A stretch of DNA of 64,000 nucleotides from Alphaproteobacteria bacterium (GCA_029248825.1 JAQWIP010000102.1:12847-76846); one strand, 5' to 3'. Counted from the first letter of the stretch, positions 46,330-58,333 are shown. Notes: generated by a model from the letters alone, not told the origin. Numbers and translations: made by a program.

Positions 46330-46986
46330 TTGTATTTAATCGGACTGACGGGCTCCATTGGCATGGGCAAAACGCAAACCGCCGCTTTGTTTGAGGCCGA
46401 GGGCGTGCCGCGCTATGACGCCGATACGGCGGTGCATGCGCTTTATCAAAAAGGCGGCGCGGCGGTGGCCCCCATCGGTGAGTTGGTGCCAGAGGCGGTG
46501 GTGGATGGCCAAGTTGACCGCGCTATTTTGGGTCAAGTGGTGTTGAAAGATGGCGCCAAATTAAAAGCGCTGGAAGCTTTGGTGCATCCGCTGGCGGGGC
46601 AATCGCAAATGCAATTTTTGGCCGAGCAGGAAAGCGCTGGCCAAGCGGCGGTGCTTTTGGACATTCCGTTATTATTTGAAACCGGCGGACAAGATTATGT
46701 CGATTGCGTGGTGGTGGTTTCCGCCCCCTTTGAGATGCAGCGCGCGCGCGTATTGGCGCGCCCCGGCATGAGCGAAGAAAGATTTATGGATATTCTGGCC
46801 AAGCAAGTGCCGGATGAAGCCAAACGCCAAGCGGCCGAGTTTATTGTGGACAGCTCGATATCGGTAGAAGACGCCCACGCCCAAGTGCGTGCTATTGTGC
46901 AGCAAATAAAGGGGCGCGAGGGCAAGGCCTATGCCGCGCGCAAGAGCCGCTTCGAAGCCCGAAATTCTGAAGCTCCAAACCCATAA
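46330..46986 (+). CDS. coaE: dephospho-CoA kinase
   Basis: Start set at TTG 46330 (MYLIGLTGSIGMGKT P-loop at the N-terminus) with GGGAGGA upstream. The ORF-track extension overlaps the aroE end. Confidence 0.88.
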   Translation: MYLIGLTGSIGMGKTQTAALFEAEGVPRYDADTAVHALYQKGGAAVAPIGELVPEAVVDGQVDRAILGQVVLKDGAKLKALEALVHPLAGQSQMQFLAEQESAGQAAVLLDIPLLFETGGQDYVDCVVVVSAPFEMQRARVLARPGMSEERFMDILAKQVPDEAKRQAAEFIVDSSISVEDAHAQVRAIVQQIKGREGKAYAARKSRFEARNSEAPNP

Positions 46987-47012
46987 AGTTTAAGGTCGAT
47001 AGGAAAAACCCC

Positions 47013-47711
47013 ATGCGCGAGATTGTTTTTGATACAGAGACGACAGGCCTTAGTCCTAAAAATGGCGACCGCGTGGTGGAAATCGGCTGTTTGGAATTGT
47101 TCAACCGCTTGCCCACGGGCGAGACGTTTCACGTCTATCTCAACCCCGAGCGCGATATGCCCAGCGAGGCCGAGGCCGTGCATGGTCTGTCGGAAAGTTT
47201 TTTGGCCGACAAACCTTTGTTCGCCGAAGTGGCCGATGCGTTTCTCGCTTTCGTGGGCGATGCTGCGCTGATTGCCCATAACGCCAGTTTTGATATGCGC
47301 TTTGTCAACGCCGAGCTAACGGCGTGCGGGCGACCCGATTTAAGCGAGCATGAAGTGATTGATACTTTGGCAATGGCGCGCAAAAAATTTCCGGGCTCGC
47401 CCGCCAGCCTCGATGCGCTGTGCAAACGCTTTAACGTCGACACGTCTAACCGCGAGCTGCACGGCGCGCTGATTGATAGTGAATTATTGGCCGGGGTTTA
47501 TTTGGAGCTTATGGGTGGGCGCCAAACCGGCATGATTTTTGAGAAGAAACAACAACAAGCCCAAGCCGGAGATTTATCGCCGCGCCAGCCGAAAAAACGA
47601 CGTCCCACGCCGCTGCCCGCTCGGCTCAGCCGCGAAGAGCAAGAGGCGCATATTGCGTTTCTCGAGGGTTTTCCAAGGCGCGCCGTTTGGCTAGGCGACG
47701 AAGAGGCTTAG
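47013..47711 (+). CDS. dnaQ: DNA polymerase III epsilon subunit (3'-5' proofreading exonuclease)
   Basis: ExoI IVFDTETTGL, ExoII LIAHNASFDMRF, ExoIII HGALIDSELLAGVY. Confidence 0.95.
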   Translation: MREIVFDTETTGLSPKNGDRVVEIGCLELFNRLPTGETFHVYLNPERDMPSEAEAVHGLSESFLADKPLFAEVADAFLAFVGDAALIAHNASFDMRFVNAELTACGRPDLSEHEVIDTLAMARKKFPGSPASLDALCKRFNVDTSNRELHGALIDSELLAGVYLELMGGRQTGMIFEKKQQQAQAGDLSPRQPKKRRPTPLPARLSREEQEAHIAFLEGFPRRAVWLGDEEA

Positions 47712-48211
47712 TTTAACGTCTCGCCTGCGTCTTCCGCTTGGGAGCTTTCGCTTTGCTGATAGAGGGCCATGAAATCGATCGGGTCGAGCATGATGGGCGG
47801 ATAGCCGCCGTCGCGTGTGGCATCGGCCAAGACACGGCGGGCAAAAGGAAACAATTGCCGTGGCGCCTCGATGAGCAGCACAGGCTTTATGTCGGCTTCG
47901 GGAATATTCATCAGACGAAACACGCCGCAATATTCCAGCTCGGCGATAAATTGCAGGCTCTCTTCGCCGTCACCCTCGCTCTCGCCTGTGCCTTCCGCGG
48001 GGCTTTTGGCTTCAATGCGAAATTTAAGGCCAACCTCATAATCTGTATCGGATAATTTGCGCGCGCCGACATTGGCGTTCACGCCAATCTCGGGGTTCTG
48101 ACCGGCGGCGAAATTGGGCGCGCCTGGGTTTTCAAACGATAGGTCACGGACATATTGAACCATAATTTGCAAGCCAGCTTGGGCTTCGGGTTTGGGGGTG
48201 GCTTCGGCCAT
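47708..48211 (-). CDS. secB: protein-export chaperone SecB
   Basis: 167 aa. QYVRDLSFENP, CPRQLFPFARR-like APRQLFPFARR, and an acidic C-terminus. Confidence 0.93.
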   Translation of the reverse strand: MAEATPKPEAQAGLQIMVQYVRDLSFENPGAPNFAAGQNPEIGVNANVGARKLSDTDYEVGLKFRIEAKSPAEGTGESEGDGEESLQFIAELEYCGVFRLMNIPEADIKPVLLIEAPRQLFPFARRVLADATRDGGYPPIMLDPIDFMALYQQSESSQAEDAGETLN

Positions 48212-48286
48212 GGGTCTCTCCTATCGGGGTGGTTTTTCTAAGTTGATATTTGCCACACTTTGGAAGGTGACAAAACCTATTTGTGC

Positions 48287-48763
48287 TTAGCGCTCGTCGT
48301 CCTCGACGCGAAACTCGCCCTCGATAATATCGGCGGGGGTTTGCTTGGGGTCGGCATCTGGGCTCTGCGGGTCAGAGGGTTGGCGGGCTTGAAAGCCGCG
48401 CATGAGTTGCGGCAAAACCATCGCCATAACGCTTTCCAAAACCAAAAGCCGCGTCCAGCGCAGCATCAGCCCTAGCCCCAGCGTGTCGGTAAAAAATCCG
48501 GGCAGTATTAAAAGAACGCCGCCCATAATAATCAAAACACCATGGCCAACGGCGGCCAAAGGCGCGCGGTCTTGTTTTTGCGCGGCTTGCGCTTCGGCCA
48601 AAACGCTCATGCCTTGGCTGCGCATGCGGCTCATGCCCCAAAAGGCGGTGGCAAACATCAATAGTAAAGTCCAGCCCGCGCCAATGGCACTGCCGACCTC
48701 AATAAACAGATAGATTTCCAGCACAAGGGTAAGCAAGAGCAGTGCAAAAATTGGGCCAAACAT
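48287..48763 (-). CDS. fxsA: FxsA-family membrane protein
   Basis: Start trimmed to MFGPIFALLLLTLVLEIYLFIEVG (ATG 48761-48763). ILPGFFTDTLGL motif. Confidence 0.85.
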   Translation of the reverse strand: MFGPIFALLLLTLVLEIYLFIEVGSAIGAGWTLLLMFATAFWGMSRMRSQGMSVLAEAQAAQKQDRAPLAAVGHGVLIIMGGVLLILPGFFTDTLGLGLMLRWTRLLVLESVMAMVLPQLMRGFQARQPSDPQSPDADPKQTPADIIEGEFRVEDDER

Positions 48764-48905
48764 AGGGTCTCCTTTGCTGCGCCAGCATAGCGCAGTTCTG
48801 ATATATGGCCAGCGCTTTGCATTTGGGAAAAAAATCCCCATATTGGGTAGACGCTGGCCTATCTTGTAGATAGGTAGGAAACGCTAATTTGAAAAGAGAC
48901 CCGCT

Positions 48906-49661
48906 ATGGATCCGCTTAATTTAATTCTCCTGATTGTTGTTGTTCTGGTGGGGCTGAAATTGCGCTCGGTTTTGGGGTTTCGCAATGATGACGAAAAACC
49001 CAGCTCGCGCTCTAGCGCCTATCGGCTGAACCGCGACGCCTTTGAAAACAAACTAGAGGGCAAAGAAAACAATCAGCCAGCCGCGCTTCGCGACCCCGAC
49101 GATAGCTCGCAAGATGGTGGCCTGCAAGATAATGGTCTGCAAGAAGCCGCCCAACCCCTGCAAGGCCAGCCTGTGGCCGCAAGCCTAGAGCCGGTCTCGC
49201 AAGACGACGATACGGCGGGTCGCGGATTGGCTTATTTGCGCCGCGTGCAGCCTGACTTTGACGAGGGTAATTTTGTCGAAGGCGCGGCGCGCGCCTATGA
49301 GATGATTTTAACGGCTTTTGCCGATGGCGATATTTCCGGCGTGAAAGGCTTTTTGGGCGCCGGGGTAGCGGCCGGATTTGACGCCGCCATGGACCAGCGC
49401 CAAGCCCAAGGCCAGCAATTGATAACCCGCGTCTTGCGCCTCGACCGTCCGGTTTTGGAGGATGCGCGGTTTGAAAACGATAAAGTGCAATTGGATGTGC
49501 GGTTTCGCGCCGAGCTTATCTCTTTCACCACAGGCCTCGACGAGACCGTCGATGAGGCGGCTTTGCCGGCGCCAAATACGACTTTGGATGTATGGACTTT
49601 TGAGGGCGCGCAAGGCGTCGCCGACCCGAGCTGGGCTTTGGTCGCAACCCAAAGCGCCTAA
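48906..49661 (+). CDS. Tim44-like domain protein
   Basis: N-terminal TM segment, Q/D-rich linker, and C-terminal FDEGNFVEGAARAYEMILTAFADGD...WTF pattern of bacterial Tim44-like proteins. Confidence 0.75.
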   Translation: MDPLNLILLIVVVLVGLKLRSVLGFRNDDEKPSSRSSAYRLNRDAFENKLEGKENNQPAALRDPDDSSQDGGLQDNGLQEAAQPLQGQPVAASLEPVSQDDDTAGRGLAYLRRVQPDFDEGNFVEGAARAYEMILTAFADGDISGVKGFLGAGVAAGFDAAMDQRQAQGQQLITRVLRLDRPVLEDARFENDKVQLDVRFRAELISFTTGLDETVDEAALPAPNTTLDVWTFEGAQGVADPSWALVATQSA

Positions 49662-49663
49662 TC

Positions 49664-50248
49664 ATGGCGCCCCGACCGCCTAAGGATGACGGTAAAAAGG
49701 CCTGGGATAAAGTCACCCAGCAAGCCACGCCGCTCGACCCTGAAAAACAGAACCGGCATATTGAAAAAACCACGGCGGCATCCGCCCAAAAGCCCAAGAA
49801 AGCGGCTGCCCCGTCGATTTCTGGCAAGCTTTCCTTCCGCCAGCCTTTATCTGTAAAACCGGCTCTGCAAGGGCTATCGCGGCCACCTTTGGAGGCGGAT
49901 AAGCCGCCGCCATTGCCGCAGATTGAGCAAAAATCACGCCGCCGCTTGGGTCGAGGCTCGGTGGAAATCGAGGCGCGGCTGGATTTGCACGGCTATACGG
50001 CCAGCGAGGCGCAATTGGCTTTGACCCGTTTTATCGACCATTGTTTTGTTCAGCGCTTCACCTGGGTTTTGGTTATCACGGGCAAGGGCATGCGCGGCGA
50101 AGGGGTTTTGCGCAAAGGCCTGCCAGACTGGCTGTCCAAACTGCCGCTTTCCAATCGTGTGGCGGCTTTTGATACGGCCGCTGCCGCGCATGGCGGCGAG
50201 GGGGCGTTTTATTTACGGTTGCGCAAAGCCAAAGCGGGGCGCGCGTAA
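49664..50248 (+). CDS. Smr (MutS2 C-terminal-like) domain protein
   Basis: [24 protein letters not shown] pattern. Confidence 0.85.
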   Translation: MAPRPPKDDGKKAWDKVTQQATPLDPEKQNRHIEKTTAASAQKPKKAAAPSISGKLSFRQPLSVKPALQGLSRPPLEADKPPPLPQIEQKSRRRLGRGSVEIEARLDLHGYTASEAQLALTRFIDHCFVQRFTWVLVITGKGMRGEGVLRKGLPDWLSKLPLSNRVAAFDTAAAAHGGEGAFYLRLRKAKAGRA

Positions 50249-50349
50249 ATGTAACTTTATCTGGCGCTAACGCTATTATTATCCGCCCCATTTTGCTACA
50301 AAGACCTAAGTTAAGCGATGCAGACTTTATTTTTGAAAAGGACGGCTTT

Positions 50350-50964
50350 ATGCCTCAAGCCCCCAAATTGCGCCAAGCAGAAGCTTCGCGCGCGACCAAA
50401 GAAACCTCTATCTCCGTGGCCGTGAACCTAGACGGCACGGGCGAGTATAACGTCAGCACCGGCATTGGTTTTCTAGACCATATGCTCGAGCAGCTGTCGC
50501 GCCATTCGCTCATCGACATCGACGTGCAAGCCAAAGGCGATTTGCACATTGATTTTCACCACACCACCGAAGATACGGGCATTGTTTTGGGCGAGGCCGT
50601 GCGCGATGCGCTGGGCGATTTCAAAGGTCTAACGCGCTATGGCAGCGCGGTCATTCCGATGGATGAAACCTGCTCGCGCGTCTCCCTAGATGTTTCGCAG
50701 CGCCCCTATTTGATTTGGAACGTAAATTTCACCAAGCCCAAGCTTGGGGATATGGACACGGAATTGTTCAAAGAGTGGTTTCAGGCCTTTGCGCAAAGCG
50801 CGGGCATTACGCTGCACGTCGAGAATATGTATGGCGAGAATAATCACCATATTGTCGAAAGCTGCTTTAAAGCTTTGGCCCGCGCGCTTCGCCAAGCCAT
50901 TGAGATTGACCCCCGCAAAGCCGATGAGGTGCCCTCCACCAAGGGTGTGCTCGGCAGCGGATAG
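50350..50964 (+). CDS. hisB: imidazoleglycerol-phosphate dehydratase
   Basis: Start trimmed to MPQAPKL (ATG 50350). [41 protein letters not shown]. Confidence 0.96.
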   Translation: MPQAPKLRQAEASRATKETSISVAVNLDGTGEYNVSTGIGFLDHMLEQLSRHSLIDIDVQAKGDLHIDFHHTTEDTGIVLGEAVRDALGDFKGLTRYGSAVIPMDETCSRVSLDVSQRPYLIWNVNFTKPKLGDMDTELFKEWFQAFAQSAGITLHVENMYGENNHHIVESCFKALARALRQAIEIDPRKADEVPSTKGVLGSG

Positions 50965-50972
50965 GCGCTTAA

Positions 50973-51602
50973 ATGGTGAGCATCGCAATTATTGATTACG
51001 GCTCTGGCAATCTGCGTTCGGCGGAAAAATCCTTCGCGCGCATGGCCAAGCCCCGCAAGGTTTGGCTCACATCCGACCCTGAGGTGGTGGCCAAGGCCGA
51101 CCATATTGTTCTGCCAGGCGTTGGCGCGTTTGGCGATTGCGCCGAGGGGCTGCGCGCCATCGATGGCATGGTCGAGGCGCTAACCGAGCGCGTGCGAAAT
51201 CAAGGTCGTCCGTTTTTAGGAATTTGTGTCGGCATGCAATTGCTGTGCGCGCAAGGCCATGAGCGCGGCGTGCATGAGGGTCTGGGTTGGTTGGAGGCGC
51301 AAGTGCATCCGCTAGACGTGCCGCCCGATTTGAAAGTGCCGCATATGGGTTGGAATAATTTGCACATCGAGCGCGCGCATAAAGTTTTGGACGGGCTGGA
51401 TGGCGAAGACGTTTATTTTGTGCATGGGTTTGGCGCCAAGTTTTCGGGCGATGCCTCAGCGATTGCGGCCAGCGTAGACTATGGCGGTGCGGTGGTCGCG
51501 GCGGTGGCGCGCGATACGTTTATTGGCACGCAATTTCATCCCGAAAAAAGCCAGCAAGCGGGTTTGCGTTTGATTGAAAACTTTTTGGAGTGGCGGCCGT
51601 GA
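50973..51602 (+). CDS. hisH: imidazole glycerol phosphate synthase, glutaminase subunit
   Basis: [23 protein letters not shown]-like YFVHGF, FHPEKS. Confidence 0.96.
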   Translation: MVSIAIIDYGSGNLRSAEKSFARMAKPRKVWLTSDPEVVAKADHIVLPGVGAFGDCAEGLRAIDGMVEALTERVRNQGRPFLGICVGMQLLCAQGHERGVHEGLGWLEAQVHPLDVPPDLKVPHMGWNNLHIERAHKVLDGLDGEDVYFVHGFGAKFSGDASAIAASVDYGGAVVAAVARDTFIGTQFHPEKSQQAGLRLIENFLEWRP

Positions 51603-52327
51603 TTATTTTTCCTGCGATTGATTTAAAACAAGGACGCTGTGTGCGCCTCGAGCAAGGCGATATGGAGCGCGCGACCGTGTTCAACGAAGACCCTGCCGAC
51701 CAAGCGCGCTCGTTTTGCGAGCAAGGGTTTTCGCATTTGCACATTATTGATTTGGACGGCGCCTTTGCGGGCGAGCCGGTCAATCGCGCGGCCGTCGAGG
51801 CCATCGTTAAGGCGACACCCGCCAAAACCCAATTGGGCGGCGGCATTCGCACTATGGCCACCATTGAGGCTTGGCTGGAAGCGGGCATTGGTCGGGTTAT
51901 TTTAGGCACGGCCGCTTTGCGCGACCCGCAATTGGTCAAACAGGCTTGCGCGGCGTTTCCAAATCAAGTGGCGGTGGGCATTGATGCGCGCGGCGGCTTC
52001 GTGGCGGTCGAAGGCTGGGCGGAAGACACGCAAATGAAAGTGCATGATTTGGCTGGCGTGTTTGAAGATGTCGGCGTGGCCGCCCTGATTTATACCGATA
52101 TTGATCGCGATGGATTGCTCAAAGGCGTCAATCTAGAGGCCACGGCAGAGCTGGCACGCGCAACGTCTATTCCCGTCATCGCGTCTGGTGGTCTGGCGGG
52201 CATCGATGATGTGACCCAGCTTTTGGCGCAGGAAAGCAGCGGCATTGTCGGCGCGATTTCGGGGCGAGCCTTATATGATGGCCGTTTGAACGCGGCACAA
52301 GTCTTGGCGCTGGAGGGGGTCGAGTAA
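51599..52327 (+). CDS. hisA: 1-(5-phosphoribosyl)-5-[(5-phosphoribosylamino)methylideneamino]imidazole-4-carboxamide isomerase
   Basis: Start at GTG 51599 (GTGA overlap with the hisH stop), giving [17 protein letters not shown]. Alternative GTG at 51590. Confidence 0.95.
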   Translation: MIIFPAIDLKQGRCVRLEQGDMERATVFNEDPADQARSFCEQGFSHLHIIDLDGAFAGEPVNRAAVEAIVKATPAKTQLGGGIRTMATIEAWLEAGIGRVILGTAALRDPQLVKQACAAFPNQVAVGIDARGGFVAVEGWAEDTQMKVHDLAGVFEDVGVAALIYTDIDRDGLLKGVNLEATAELARATSIPVIASGGLAGIDDVTQLLAQESSGIVGAISGRALYDGRLNAAQVLALEGVE

Positions 52328-53118
52328 TGCTCAAAACCCGCATTATTCCCTGCCTCGATGTGCATGAAGGGCGTGTCGTCAAAGGCGTGAATTTTGTCGA
52401 TTTGATAGATGCGGGCGACCCTGTAGAGGCCGCGCGCGCCTATGATGCGGCCGGCGCGGATGAGCTGTGCTTTCTCGATATCTCTGCCAGCCACGAAGGG
52501 CGCGACACGCTTATCGATGTGGTGCGCCGCACGGCCGAGCAATGTTTTATGCCGCTCACCGTTGGCGGCGGCGTGCGCAAAGTGGAAGACGTGCGCAATC
52601 TTTTATTGGCGGGCGCGGATAAAGTTTCTTTCAATACGGCGGCCGTGCGCGACCCCGATGTGGTCAATGCGGCGGCGGAGAAATTTGGCTCGCAATGTAT
52701 TGTCGTCGCGATGGATGCCAAGCAAGTGGATGAAAGCCGATGGGAAATTTTCACCCACGGCGGTCGCGAAGCCACAGGTATTGAAGCGGTGGGCTTTGCC
52801 AAGGAAATGGCCGCGCGCGGGGCGGGCGAGATTTTGCTGACCTCGATGGATCGCGACGGCACGAAATCGGGTTTTGATTTAACCCTCACGCGCGCCATTG
52901 CCGATGGCGTGCCGGTGCCGGTCATTGCTTCGGGCGGCGTTGGCACGTTGGCGCATTTGGTCGAAGGGGTGCGCGACGGCCATGCCAGCGCGGTTTTGGC
53001 GGCGTCGATTTTCCATTTCGGCACTTTTACCATTGGCGAAGCCAAAGCGGCGATGGCGCAAGCGGGGCTGAATGTCCGCGCGCCTTTGGGCAGCAACGCA
53101 GGATTGCTTTCTGAGTGA
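52327..53118 (+). CDS. hisF: imidazole glycerol phosphate synthase, cyclase subunit
   Basis: [30 protein letters not shown]. Confidence 0.97.
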   Translation: MLKTRIIPCLDVHEGRVVKGVNFVDLIDAGDPVEAARAYDAAGADELCFLDISASHEGRDTLIDVVRRTAEQCFMPLTVGGGVRKVEDVRNLLLAGADKVSFNTAAVRDPDVVNAAAEKFGSQCIVVAMDAKQVDESRWEIFTHGGREATGIEAVGFAKEMAARGAGEILLTSMDRDGTKSGFDLTLTRAIADGVPVPVIASGGVGTLAHLVEGVRDGHASAVLAASIFHFGTFTIGEAKAAMAQAGLNVRAPLGSNAGLLSE

Positions 53119-53168
53119 AAACTCGCTACCCCTGAAGCTATGAGGCGGACGCCAAGAGGAGATAGACG

Positions 53169-53486
53169 ATGAGCGATTTTGGCTATTTGGATGAGCTATT
53201 CGGCGAGATTGAAAAACGCCGAGGGGCGGCACCAGAAGAAAGCTATTCGGCACAATTAATGGCCGATTTGCCGCGCGCGGCGCGCAAGCTTGGCGAAGAA
53301 GGTGTCGAGGCTGTGGTCGCGGCACTTTCGGGCAGCGACGACGAGCTGCTGGGCGAATTGGCCGACCTTACCTATCATTTGCTGGTGGTTTTGGCGGCGC
53401 GCGGATTGACGCCAGAGCAAGTGGTCGATGAATTGAAAAAACGCCAAGGCGTTTCCGGCCTCACCGAAAAAGCCTCTCGCGGATAA
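53169..53486 (+). CDS. hisE: phosphoribosyl-ATP pyrophosphatase
   Basis: 105 aa. SYSAQLM, KLGEEGVE, ELADLTYHLLVVL. Confidence 0.92.
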   Translation: MSDFGYLDELFGEIEKRRGAAPEESYSAQLMADLPRAARKLGEEGVEAVVAALSGSDDELLGELADLTYHLLVVLAARGLTPEQVVDELKKRQGVSGLTEKASRG

Positions 53487-53504
53487 GGTAAAGAAGCCAG
53501 TTTT

Positions 53505-54461
53505 ATGACCGATATGATTAATGACAAGCGCGAAATATCGCCCTATCGATCGTTTAATACCGAGGAATGGGGCGAGCTACGCAAAGACGCCAAATTAACT
53601 TTGGTGGAAAGCGAGCTGGAAAAATTACGCGGGCTAGGCGAGACGGTTTCTTTGGCCGAAGTGGAAGAGATTTATCTGCCGCTGTCGCGCCTGTTGAATT
53701 TTTATGTCGAAGCCAGCCAAGGTCTTTATGGCGCCACCAATGCATTTCTGGGGCGCGAAGTTAAAGTGCCATTCATCATTGGCGTGGCGGGGTCGGTGGC
53801 CGTGGGCAAAAGCACCACGTCGCGGATTTTGCGCGAAATGCTGGCGCGCTGGCCGTCGCATCCTAAGGTTGATTTGGTCACGACGGACGGGTTTTTATTC
53901 CCCAATGCGGTTTTGGAAGAGCGCGATTTAATGCAGCGCAAAGGCTTTCCCGAAAGTTTTGATTTGCGCCGTATGCGCCGCTTTTTGGCCGAGGTTAAAT
54001 CGGGACGCCCGCATGTCGAGGCGCCGGTTTATTCGCATGTGGCTTATGATATTTTGCCCAACGATAAAATTACCGTCTCGCAACCGGACATTTTAATTGT
54101 CGAAGGGTTAAATGTTCTCCAGCCCGCGCTGCTGGCTAAAGAAGGCACGGAAATTCCTTTTGTCTCGGATTATTTTGATTTCTCGATTTATATCGACGCC
54201 GAAGAAACGGTTATCCAGCGCTGGTATGTTGAACGTTTCATGTCGCTGCAAAAGACGGCATTTCGCAAACCAGGCGCTTATTTCCAACGCTATGCGGAGC
54301 TGAACGAGCAAGAAGCCAGTGATATGGCGGTGGATATTTGGACGCGGATTAATTTGAAAAATCTCGAAGAGAATATTCTGCCAACCCGCGCGCGCGCCGA
54401 TTTAATTCTGCATAAAAGCGACGACCACCGCATTGACCGCGTGCTGCTGCGCAAAATCTAA
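53505..54461 (+). CDS. coaA: type I pantothenate kinase
   Basis: P-loop [22 protein letters not shown], plus length and C-terminal pattern. Confidence 0.93.
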   Translation: MTDMINDKREISPYRSFNTEEWGELRKDAKLTLVESELEKLRGLGETVSLAEVEEIYLPLSRLLNFYVEASQGLYGATNAFLGREVKVPFIIGVAGSVAVGKSTTSRILREMLARWPSHPKVDLVTTDGFLFPNAVLEERDLMQRKGFPESFDLRRMRRFLAEVKSGRPHVEAPVYSHVAYDILPNDKITVSQPDILIVEGLNVLQPALLAKEGTEIPFVSDYFDFSIYIDAEETVIQRWYVERFMSLQKTAFRKPGAYFQRYAELNEQEASDMAVDIWTRINLKNLEENILPTRARADLILHKSDDHRIDRVLLRKI

Positions 54462-55465
54462 AGCGTCAGACCTTGCGCTTTCAGCTCGGCGCCAACATCG
54501 GTTTGCGGACGCGGCCCGAATTGGCGGATGACATGGCTGGCGGCGATAATACCCATTTTACCTGCCAGTTCTGGCGAATGGCCGCAATGCAAGCCGGCCA
54601 AAAAGCCTGCCGCGAATTGGTCGCCCGCGCCCGTGAGGTCGACAATATCGTCGACCTTTTGCGCCGCGATTTTGGTGGCGTTTTCGCCCTCGAAAACAAC
54701 CGTGCCTTCGCCGCCATAGGTCACGGCGCCCAATAGATTATGGTGGGCAAAAAGCGGCGCCAAGACGCTTGGCTCTTGGCTGCCAAAGAGCGCTTTAATC
54801 TCGGTTTCATTGGCCAGAAGAATATCAATATGGCTGTCCAAAAGGCGCATGAAGTCGGCGTGATGACGCTCGACGCAAAACCCATCGGCCAAAGAAAACC
54901 CAACTTTGCCACCTTGGGCGCGCACGCGCTCGGCGGCGATGACAAAGGCTTGGCGCGCACTGTGGCTGTCCCAAATATAGCCTTCGGCGAAAAACAGTCC
55001 GGTTTGTGCCAATATCGCCTCGTCCAAATCTTCCGGCGCGGTGGTGACGGAGGCGCCCAAAACCGTGTGCATAGTGCGTTCCGCATCGGGGGTCACCAAT
55101 ACCAAGCAATGGCCGGTGGGCAGGCTGGTTTGGGGGCGGCTGGAAAAAGCCACATTGAGGGTTTCAAACGCGCCGCAAAAAACCTCCCCCAAAGCATCGT
55201 CAGAAACTTTTCCGATAAATCCGGTTGCCAGCCCGAGGCTTGCGATGCCCGCAACGCTATTGGCGGCCGAGCCGCCCGGTTGACGGGTATGCACGGTGAC
55301 AGATTTTTTCATGGCTTTCGATTGCTCGGGTTCGATGAGCGACATGGAGGCCTTGGGGCTATTGAGCGCGTCTAATTCGGCGTCTGTCACATCTGCAAAA
55401 AGATCGACCAAAGCAGCTCCCATTCCGGTGATGAGGCTGGGTTTCGTCGAGGCAAAATCGGTCAT
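54458..55465 (-). CDS. PfkB-family carbohydrate/nucleoside kinase (adenosine kinase-like)
   Basis: 335 aa. GGSAANS and C-terminal [13 protein letters not shown] motifs. Confidence 0.85.
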   Translation of the reverse strand: MTDFASTKPSLITGMGAALVDLFADVTDAELDALNSPKASMSLIEPEQSKAMKKSVTVHTRQPGGSAANSVAGIASLGLATGFIGKVSDDALGEVFCGAFETLNVAFSSRPQTSLPTGHCLVLVTPDAERTMHTVLGASVTTAPEDLDEAILAQTGLFFAEGYIWDSHSARQAFVIAAERVRAQGGKVGFSLADGFCVERHHADFMRLLDSHIDILLANETEIKALFGSQEPSVLAPLFAHHNLLGAVTYGGEGTVVFEGENATKIAAQKVDDIVDLTGAGDQFAAGFLAGLHCGHSPELAGKMGIIAASHVIRQFGPRPQTDVGAELKAQGLTL

Positions 55466-55487
55466 GGGCTATCTCTTATATTGGCGC

Positions 55488-56132
55488 TTAGGCGGTTTCG
55501 GTTTTTGGTTTGAAGCGACATAGGTCGCGGACCAAACAATTATAGCATTTGGGTTTGCGTGCCAAACAAACATAGCGGCCATGCAAAATCAACCAATGGT
55601 GGGCGTGGCGTCGATAGGGATCTTGGATGCGCCGGTCGAGTTTTTTCTCCACCGCCAGTTCGGTTTTGCCTGGCGCCAATCCGGTGCGATTGGAAACCCG
55701 AAACACATGCGTGTCGACAGCAAAAGTTGCCACGCCAAAGGCCTCATTCATCACCACATTGGCCGTCTTGCGACCGACCCCTGGCAGGCTTAGCAGCGTT
55801 TCCATATCGTTGGGAACGGCGCTGTTATGTTCGGCGATTAATTTTTGCGAGAGGGCGAAAACATTCTTGGCCTTATTGCGATAGAGGCCAATGGTTTTCA
55901 CTTCGTCGCGAATAACCGCTTCGCCCAGCGCGACCATTTTCTCTGGCGTATCGGCGCGGGCGAACAGCGATTTCGTGGCTTTATTGACGCCAATATCCGT
56001 GGCCTGTGCCGACAGCACAACGGCCACCAAGAGGGTGAACTCATTGGTGAAATCAAGCTCGGTTCGGGGCGCCGGGTTATCGCGCGATAGGCGCTCGAAA
56101 AATTCGGGGATTTGGGCAACTTTCATGGCCAC
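55488..56132 (-). CDS. nth: endonuclease III
   Basis: HhH LPGVGRKTANVV, catalytic VDTHV, and Fe-S cluster CLARKPKCYNCLVRDLC. Confidence 0.95.
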   Translation of the reverse strand: MAMKVAQIPEFFERLSRDNPAPRTELDFTNEFTLLVAVVLSAQATDIGVNKATKSLFARADTPEKMVALGEAVIRDEVKTIGLYRNKAKNVFALSQKLIAEHNSAVPNDMETLLSLPGVGRKTANVVMNEAFGVATFAVDTHVFRVSNRTGLAPGKTELAVEKKLDRRIQDPYRRHAHHWLILHGRYVCLARKPKCYNCLVRDLCRFKPKTETA

Positions 56133-56234
56133 ATCATAGCTTTGCTGGCGCGCCAGTGCAAAGCCAGCCTCGCGCGTGCAGACAAATATGCATATCGCCT
56201 TGTTTCTGCGCGCGCGCGACTTATTTACTGTGTC

Positions 56235-56774
56235 ATGGAAACCGTTACCGCTTTGCCGGATAAATTCAGCCTGATTTTAAGGCCCAATCGCTCGCTCTCG
56301 CAGCGAGGGTTTTTATGGCTTATGGCGCTCTTTGGCGGCGCGTCTTTTGCGCTCGGGATTTATTTTTGGTCGCTCGGGGCTTGGCCGGTGTTTGGGTTTT
56401 TTGGTCTCGATGTGGCTTTGCTATATTTCTTCTTCCGCCTCAATTATCGCTATGCGCGCCGCTATGAAACGCTGGCCATGCGCGACGGTAAATTAATTTT
56501 TGGTCAAGTGTCCGCCACGGGGCTGTCGCGCGAATGGTCGTTTGACCCCTATTGGGTGCGCCTGAAACTCGAGCGCCTCGGACAAGATGGCGAAGATATT
56601 GGCAATCTGATTTTATCGAGCCATGGAAAATATGTTTCGGTCGGGGCTTTTTTATCGCCTGAGGAGCGCGCCGAATTAGCCGCGCGTTTGCAGCTCAGCC
56701 TCAAACAAATGCTCACCGCCAGCCCCGCCGTGCAAAGCGAAGAAGCCAGCCCCGATTTTGGGCAACGGGCTTGA
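56235..56774 (+). CDS. DUF2244-like integral membrane protein
   Basis: Start trimmed to METVTAL (ATG 56235). LRPNRSLS motif, then two TM helices, then a soluble C-terminal region. Family call is from memory. Confidence 0.55.
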   Translation: METVTALPDKFSLILRPNRSLSQRGFLWLMALFGGASFALGIYFWSLGAWPVFGFFGLDVALLYFFFRLNYRYARRYETLAMRDGKLIFGQVSATGLSREWSFDPYWVRLKLERLGQDGEDIGNLILSSHGKYVSVGAFLSPEERAELAARLQLSLKQMLTASPAVQSEEASPDFGQRA

Positions 56775-56781
56775 TGATAGA

Positions 56782-57402
56782 TTACAGCTCGAGAATTTCT
56801 TTCGACGTCACTTGGCCTTGCGCATCCAGCTCATAGCAATACGGCACGCCCGTGCCGATGTTCACATCGATAATTTCTTCCGAGCTTAAGCCATCCAATT
56901 GCATCACCAAGGCGCGCAAACTATTGCCATGCGCGGCGATGAGAATGTCTTTGCCTTGTTTTAACAGCGGCATAATTTCGGCATCGAAATAGGGCAATAC
57001 GCGCTCGGCGGTATCTTTCAGGCTCTCGCCGCCGGGGGGCGGTGTATCGAACGAGCGGCGCCAAATATGCACTTGGTCTTCGCCCCATTTTTCGCGCGCG
57101 TCATCTTTATTGAGGCCTGCCAAATCGCCATAGTCGCGCTCGTTCAGGGCTTCATGGCGGGTGGTCGGCAAGTCCCCATCGGGCAGAAGGTCTTCCAGCA
57201 AAAGAGCCAGTGTTTTTTGCGCCCGCTGCAAATTCGACGTGTAAGCCAAATCAAATTTAGCGCCTGCCGTCTTCAGGGCGCGCCCTGCCGCATGGGCCTC
57301 GCGAACGCCTTGGGCGGTCAGGTCTGGGTCGCGCCAGCCCGTAAATAGGTTCTTTTCATTCCATTCACTTTGGCCGTGACGCACTAAAACAAGGCGGCTC
57401 AT
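56782..57402 (-). CDS. gpmA: 2,3-bisphosphoglycerate-dependent phosphoglycerate mutase
   Basis: [17 protein letters not shown]-type and AHGNSLRAL motifs. Confidence 0.93.
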   Translation of the reverse strand: MSRLVLVRHGQSEWNEKNLFTGWRDPDLTAQGVREAHAAGRALKTAGAKFDLAYTSNLQRAQKTLALLLEDLLPDGDLPTTRHEALNERDYGDLAGLNKDDAREKWGEDQVHIWRRSFDTPPPGGESLKDTAERVLPYFDAEIMPLLKQGKDILIAAHGNSLRALVMQLDGLSSEEIIDVNIGTGVPYCYELDAQGQVTSKEILEL

Positions 57403-57442
57403 AATCTAATCCTCTTTATCTTTTCTCGAAAAATCTCTTGGC

Positions 57443-58252
57443 TTAATGGGGGTCTTTCAACCCCAAAACATGCTGCATGTCATATAGGCCCTCGGCTCGG
57501 CCATGCGCCCAAACGGCGGCTTTTAGCGCGCCACGGGCAAAAATATCGCGCGTCTCGGCGCGGTGGCCAAGGCGGATTTGCTCGTTCTCGCCAGCCAAAA
57601 TAACCTCATGGTCGCCCACCACCGAGCCGCCGCGCAATGCAGCCACGCCAATGTCGCCAGCTTTGCGCGCGCTAGTGATGCCATCGCGCGCGGTTTGCAT
57701 GACTTTGTCGAGCGCCACATCGCGCCCCTGGGCTGCGGCATCGGCCAATAGCAAAGCGGTGCCAGACGGGGCATCCACTTTGTGGCGATGATGCATGTCA
57801 AGAATTTCAATATCCCAAGCATCGCCCAAAGTGGCCGCCGCCTGTTGCACAAGGCCGGCCAGTAAATTTATGCCGAGGCTCATATTGCCCGATTTTACGA
57901 TTTTCGCATGGCGCGCCGCCGCCTCGATTTGCGCTTCTTGTTCGGCGCTAAATCCTGTGGTGCCAATAATATGCACATTGCGCGCCTGCGCCGCCAGGCC
58001 TGCCAAGGGCACGCTGGCGTCCGGCACGGTGAAATCAATCACGCCATCGGCTTGGCGCATCAGCTCCAGCGCATCGTCACTGGCGACCACACCGCAAGCG
58101 GTTTGCCCCGCCAGCGTGGCTAAGTCTTGGCCGAGCGCGGCGCTTCCCGCAGGCTCCAACCCGCCGATAAGCTCTAGCGTGTCATCGGCTAGAATTAATT
58201 TTGTGAGCGCCTGACCCATGCGGCCAGCGCAGCCATTTACAATCAGTTTCAT
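57443..58252 (-). CDS. dapB: 4-hydroxy-tetrahydrodipicolinate reductase
   Basis: Start trimmed to [13 protein letters not shown] (ATG 58250-58252). [18 protein letters not shown]. Confidence 0.93.
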   Translation of the reverse strand: MKLIVNGCAGRMGQALTKLILADDTLELIGGLEPAGSAALGQDLATLAGQTACGVVASDDALELMRQADGVIDFTVPDASVPLAGLAAQARNVHIIGTTGFSAEQEAQIEAAARHAKIVKSGNMSLGINLLAGLVQQAAATLGDAWDIEILDMHHRHKVDAPSGTALLLADAAAQGRDVALDKVMQTARDGITSARKAGDIGVAALRGGSVVGDHEVILAGENEQIRLGHRAETRDIFARGALKAAVWAHGRAEGLYDMQHVLGLKDPH

Positions 58253-58333
58253 GCGAATTCCTATCTGCACGCATAATAGCAGGCGTCCCGATGGCCGTCG
58301 AGAGAGGAAAGCGCTAGCGCGGGCTTATGGAAT

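Noticed and set aside
47125-47135. parS-like half site CGTTTCACGTC inside dnaQ
   Set aside because: Only the left half plus the centre of the 16-bp consensus match; the right arm (GAAACA) is absent. Partial matches like this are expected by chance.
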